DNA from: Candidatus Bathyarchaeia archaeon
Lineage (GTDB): Archaea; Thermoproteota; Bathyarchaeia; Bathyarchaeales; Bathycorpusculaceae
Direction of reading: 5' to 3'
Assembly (NCBI GenBank): GCA_050012255.1
Contig: JBEKHN010000002.1
Coordinates: 32,001-96,000, forward strand
Length of the DNA: 64,000 nt
A program made the position numbers and the translations under genes. Positions 60,168-64,000 of this stretch are shown here, piece by piece; the first letter of the stretch is position 1; each line of letters starts with the position of its first letter. The notes under the pieces are model-generated. The model did not search any database and had not been told where the DNA came from. It worked only from the letters and a program-made list of their open reading frames with translations.

Positions 60168-63100
60168 TCAGCTCCGTTTTATTCGAACTGTTCTGATATC
60201 AAACGGGCGCAGTGACAAGTTCAGTTTGTTTCCTTGGGTTTTTAAGATGGCTAGTTTCTTCTCCATTAGGTCAGTTTCGTATGCTTCCTTAGTGTGGAAA
60301 CCAAAGAGGATCTCTGCTTTGGCGCCCTTACCAGAGGCGTCATAGATTCTGATGATGTAGTCGTCTGATTCCTCAGCCAGCTTGACGCACGAAACTACTA
60401 CATTGTTCGGCTTGACTTGGATGAAGCTTGCTATTTCACGGTCAGATCCGTCCGATCGAGACGATCTCGCGACCATTACAGTTTCAAGCGGATGGTTCAA
60501 TTCGTAGCCTTTCCTGAAAGTCAGGGCTTCCTTCCAGCCGCCTTTGTGTGGGAAAACGGAGTATCTAATCTCATGCACTCTTTGGTCGGGCTTCGGGTCT
60601 GGGCTGTAGCTGGTCCTGACCAATGTCATCCTTACCGTATTGCCCTTGACATCGAACCCGTACTTAGAGTCGTTGAGAAGGCTCAGTCCGTACTCTCCGT
60701 CTGAAAGGTCAACCCATCTCAGCGCGGGTGTCTCAGTGCCGTCAGCCACTCTTTCGACGTAGCCGAAGGGGATTTCAAACGTTGCTTTGGAGTCTCCCAG
60801 TATGGGCGTAAAGGAGACCTTCAGCATGGGAGCTTCTGTCTGGTCGTCGGAAACCATTCTCCAGTCTATCACGGTTTCGAAGTCTACTCTGGGAATGCCC
60901 TTCAGAAGCGAGATGCGCTGTGTGATCATGGATTTACTGTGCTTATGGGTAACCTTGAATGAAGCTCTCACTGGTCCAGACTCTATGAGTTCGACTTCAG
61001 CGCCTCTTATGAGGTTCTCTGTTCGACTTATCTCGCCGATGATCCAGGCGGACATGTCGTGCGGAAGCTCGTACAAGACCTGCAGCAGGTTACTAAAAAC
61101 GGGAGTAGTAGATTTGAATCTGTCCTTTTTGAAGACAAACCTGTCAGAAGCCTTGTCATAAAGAGACGTTATAGTACCAGAGTTCTTCTCAATTTCAAGC
61201 CTGAAGAATTCGTTCTCAACCGAGTTTTCACTGGCTGACAGCCCTGTTAGGTCTTCTTCTGCACAACTGCCCTCGACGAGGTAGTAAACTCTGTAACCTA
61301 TTGATGGCACTTTGGCCAAGAACAGGACCTCGTCTCCGGCGACTTGCACCAGTGATTTTTCCTGGCCGCCAGCTGAAACGACGATCGGGTTTCGTGGAAT
61401 CGCGCGCTTGGGAACTTTGATTTTCACGAGGTCTGTTCGATCCCAAGACAATGAGTTGAAGACAACAATCGGGATGCCATTCCCGGAGAACTTTATCCTT
61501 TCTGCAAGTGCCCTGACAGAACCCTTCAAGATATCGTCAGCGATCCTTAGTGCTTCTTTCGCAAGTTTGACAGGAAGAACGTACCCTTCGGGGGCTCCGC
61601 TTCCGTCAAGGATGTCGTGGAACTGGTTGAAAAGCATGTTCAACCAGGCCTTTCGAAGATAATCCCTTGGATACTTGCCCGAGAGCACCGCGAACCGTTC
61701 AGCGTCTACGAGCAGCCTCTCACAAAGCCTGTTGTAACGCTTGATGTCACTGTGTGTGGTGTAGCAGCCGTCAAATGTGAACTGCAGCTCGTCATTAATG
61801 ACGGGAAGGGCCTTGATGCTTGGTTGTCTTTCAACTTCCTCAAAGAACCTGTGAGTTGAGCTGAAGGCGATTGTAGGCAAGACCTGTTTCTTCTGAATCT
61901 CGTGGGCTGCTTCAACATCTTCGATTGTGGCTCCGCCACCGTGGTCGCCAACCCCGTAGACGAACATGCTCGTCTTGAGTCCGTAGCGACTGTGAAGGTC
62001 GATGGCTACGTCAACTATGTTCTTTGGGGTAACGGAATTGTTGTAAACGCTCGTGAAGGCTAGGGCTCTCGTTCCGTCGGGCGATTGCCACCAGAAGATG
62101 GGATGGCCTTTGCCGCACCTCATGAAGTAGTAGTATTTCAAGCCGGCTTTACTTGCGACTTGAGGGAGCGTCCAAATGTGACCGAAGGTGTCGGGCATCC
62201 AACAAACCTTAGGCTCGAACCCGAATTTCTCCTTCACGTATCGTTTGGCTTCTAGGAACTGCCTGACCAGTGCTTCTGTTCCAACCATGTTTAGGTCAGC
62301 TTCGGTCCACATCGAGGCTGTTATGTCCCAGTTGCCCCGTTTCACATGTCTTCTTATCGCTTCGAAGAGCTCAGGATACTCCTGCTCGACGGCTCTGTAC
62401 GTGGCGGCTTGGCTCTGGGAAAAGCAGAAGTCAGGGTACTTGTCCATCAGTTTGACCATCGTGCTGAAGGTTTCCTTAATGGTGTTAAGGGTGTCTTCCC
62501 ATGGCCAAAGCCAATTCATATCTATGTGGGCGTGAGCAACGAGGTATACCTTAAATTCCTTAGCTTTCTGGGATAGGATGGTCAGTTTGGCTCGGGCCTT
62601 GTTTATCTCTTCAAGAAGGGCTGAGGGCTTTCCATTGAAAGCCTCTAGTCTGAAGTCTTGACAAGCCTTTTGAGTCAATTTCTCATCAAGAAACTTGGCA
62701 AACCTAAGTTCTTGGATAAACGAGTCTATCTCAAACGCAGTTCTCTCTACGAGGCTGTAGGATATGCTGAAAGACGGGACGCCGACGGGTTCGTATTTTG
62801 GATGTAGGTGAATGGCGACGACATGGCTTTTGCCGGGTGTCGCCTTTTCATCCAACAATATCTTGTATTCTCCTAGATCCGCCCAGTAGTCTGCGCTGAA
62901 TATTTTCTCAGAATCCAAGTAGATCTCTATCTTGTCAAGGATTACTGACGAGAACATCTTCGCGACCGAGCCTGAGACTTCTATCCCAGCGATCTGTTTG
63001 GGAATCGCGATTCTGGTTCTGAGCCAAGCGTCTCCTATTCTAGCATCGACAGTCTTGGGCAGGCTGACGGTTTCCCATGTTGAATCGTCAAAACTGTGCT

Positions 63101-63245
63101 TACTGGCTTCGGGGGCTTGTCCTTGAATGAATTTCCAGCGAATATTTTGCCTGTATCCCGTCAGCTCCTTGTGCTTTTCCTGAAGTTTTGAGACGAGAAG
63201 AAGGTAACCATCGTTGGATTTGTTGCTCATGACTGTTCGCTTCAC
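60168..63245 (-). CDS. GH38 alpha-mannosidase
   Basis: HAHIDMNWLW, WMPDTFGH, GVGDHGGG and NQFHDILDG motifs. Confidence 0.93.
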   Translation of the reverse strand: MKRTVMSNKSNDGYLLLVSKLQEKHKELTGYRQNIRWKFIQGQAPEASKHSFDDSTWETVSLPKTVDARIGDAWLRTRIAIPKQIAGIEVSGSVAKMFSSVILDKIEIYLDSEKIFSADYWADLGEYKILLDEKATPGKSHVVAIHLHPKYEPVGVPSFSISYSLVERTAFEIDSFIQELRFAKFLDEKLTQKACQDFRLEAFNGKPSALLEEINKARAKLTILSQKAKEFKVYLVAHAHIDMNWLWPWEDTLNTIKETFSTMVKLMDKYPDFCFSQSQAATYRAVEQEYPELFEAIRRHVKRGNWDITASMWTEADLNMVGTEALVRQFLEAKRYVKEKFGFEPKVCWMPDTFGHIWTLPQVASKAGLKYYYFMRCGKGHPIFWWQSPDGTRALAFTSVYNNSVTPKNIVDVAIDLHSRYGLKTSMFVYGVGDHGGGATIEDVEAAHEIQKKQVLPTIAFSSTHRFFEEVERQPSIKALPVINDELQFTFDGCYTTHSDIKRYNRLCERLLVDAERFAVLSGKYPRDYLRKAWLNMLFNQFHDILDGSGAPEGYVLPVKLAKEALRIADDILKGSVRALAERIKFSGNGIPIVVFNSLSWDRTDLVKIKVPKRAIPRNPIVVSAGGQEKSLVQVAGDEVLFLAKVPSIGYRVYYLVEGSCAEEDLTGLSASENSVENEFFRLEIEKNSGTITSLYDKASDRFVFKKDRFKSTTPVFSNLLQVLYELPHDMSAWIIGEISRTENLIRGAEVELIESGPVRASFKVTHKHSKSMITQRISLLKGIPRVDFETVIDWRMVSDDQTEAPMLKVSFTPILGDSKATFEIPFGYVERVADGTETPALRWVDLSDGEYGLSLLNDSKYGFDVKGNTVRMTLVRTSYSPDPKPDQRVHEIRYSVFPHKGGWKEALTFRKGYELNHPLETVMVARSSRSDGSDREIASFIQVKPNNVVVSCVKLAEESDDYIIRIYDASGKGAKAEILFGFHTKEAYETDLMEKKLAILKTQGNKLNLSLRPFDIRTVRIKRS

Positions 63246-63449
63246 GTTGTATCCTCTTTAATGTTGCCGTTTGAGAACGTGAAGAAGTTAACTCTTGCGA
63301 TTGGCGAGGCCAACGCCCTCGCTGTTCTCTTTTCTGTTGCATTGATGTTTGAAACTTGGATGAGGGTTTGAGTTCTACACTTGTTGGGGAATATTTATCA
63401 AGTAGCGCGCTGGCTTGTCCCCTAATTCGCTGATAGCGCGCGCGTGAGA

Positions 63450-63495
63450 GCATATACGTTTTGCATATACGTTTTGCATATACGTTTTGCATATA
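63450..63495 (-). repeat. 3.5 tandem 13-bp units (minus strand CGTATATGCAAAA)
   Basis: GCATATACGTTTT three times plus GCATATA on the plus strand. Confidence 0.9.
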
Positions 63496-64000
63496 TAGTT
63501 GGCGAGCATTGTTGAGAACGGTGAGGCTGTTCAAGTTGGATGCGGAGCTACGTGGCTGTTCAAGTGCGCACGGATAATGAAGGGACAAGGCAGCGCGCGA
63601 GCCATCAACGGTGCTATTAGATTGATCGTTGTTGAACATTTTTCGACGAAAAGAGTACAGTAACCAGCGTGACAAGCGGTCAACGGTGCTATCGGAGATC
63701 AACGCCTGGCTTCGAACTCTACGAAGGTGTCGAAGGTTTAGGTATAGTCTCTGACCTATCCTGCTACTACTGATGTAGCGCGTGCTTATTCAAGACCCTG
63801 GTGAGTTTAAAACAGCGCGAGGACGAGATGAAGTGTGCGCAACTATTCGGTGGTTTGAAAAGTTGAAAGAGGTCATTCAGTGCGAGCACTAGGAAAGGTT
63901 TTTCTCTAGTAGGCCATTGTACTTCTTTTTAACAGATTTCAATCTGAAGCTGGCATGAATGAAAAGATCGCTTTTCATCGATATGTTGCGTATAATTGCC

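Noticed and set aside
63450-63495. CRISPR array
   Set aside because: 13-bp units with no spacers, and no cas genes in the window.
63100-63702. 200-aa minus-strand ORF
   Set aside because: Overlaps the mannosidase start, runs through the tandem repeat and is not protein-like.

Overview
Archaeal chromosomal window, most likely Bathyarchaeia. This is inferred from the TACK-type ribosomal superoperon, an EndA with the crenarchaeal-specific loop, a tRNA with a D-arm intron and a cohesin/dockerin protein. It has a housekeeping core at 11.7-31.9 kb (endA, glyS, ino1, uL10/uL1/uL11/spt5/secE, ftsY to rps19e, rnp4, tRNA-Leu with intron) flanked by accessory DNA. Best leads: (1) a pair of paralogous secreted proteins, one membrane-anchored and one carrying both dockerin and cohesin, plus a dockerin relic inside the r-protein cluster; (2) a 13-bp tandem repeat found about 205-220 bp upstream of both ends of a sugar-metabolism cluster; (3) an accretion zone at tRNA-Arg with an att-like copy and a second degenerate copy beside a heliorhodopsin gene; (4) Dph6 translationally coupled to an intact glutaminase; (5) PadR-TRASH/CopA and NikR/P1B-ATPase metal modules; (6) an orphan proteasome-beta-like Thr hydrolase; (7) an unannotated K-turn-type structured RNA. 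No CRISPR array, rRNA, integrase or transposase was seen. All calls are by eye, without database searches.
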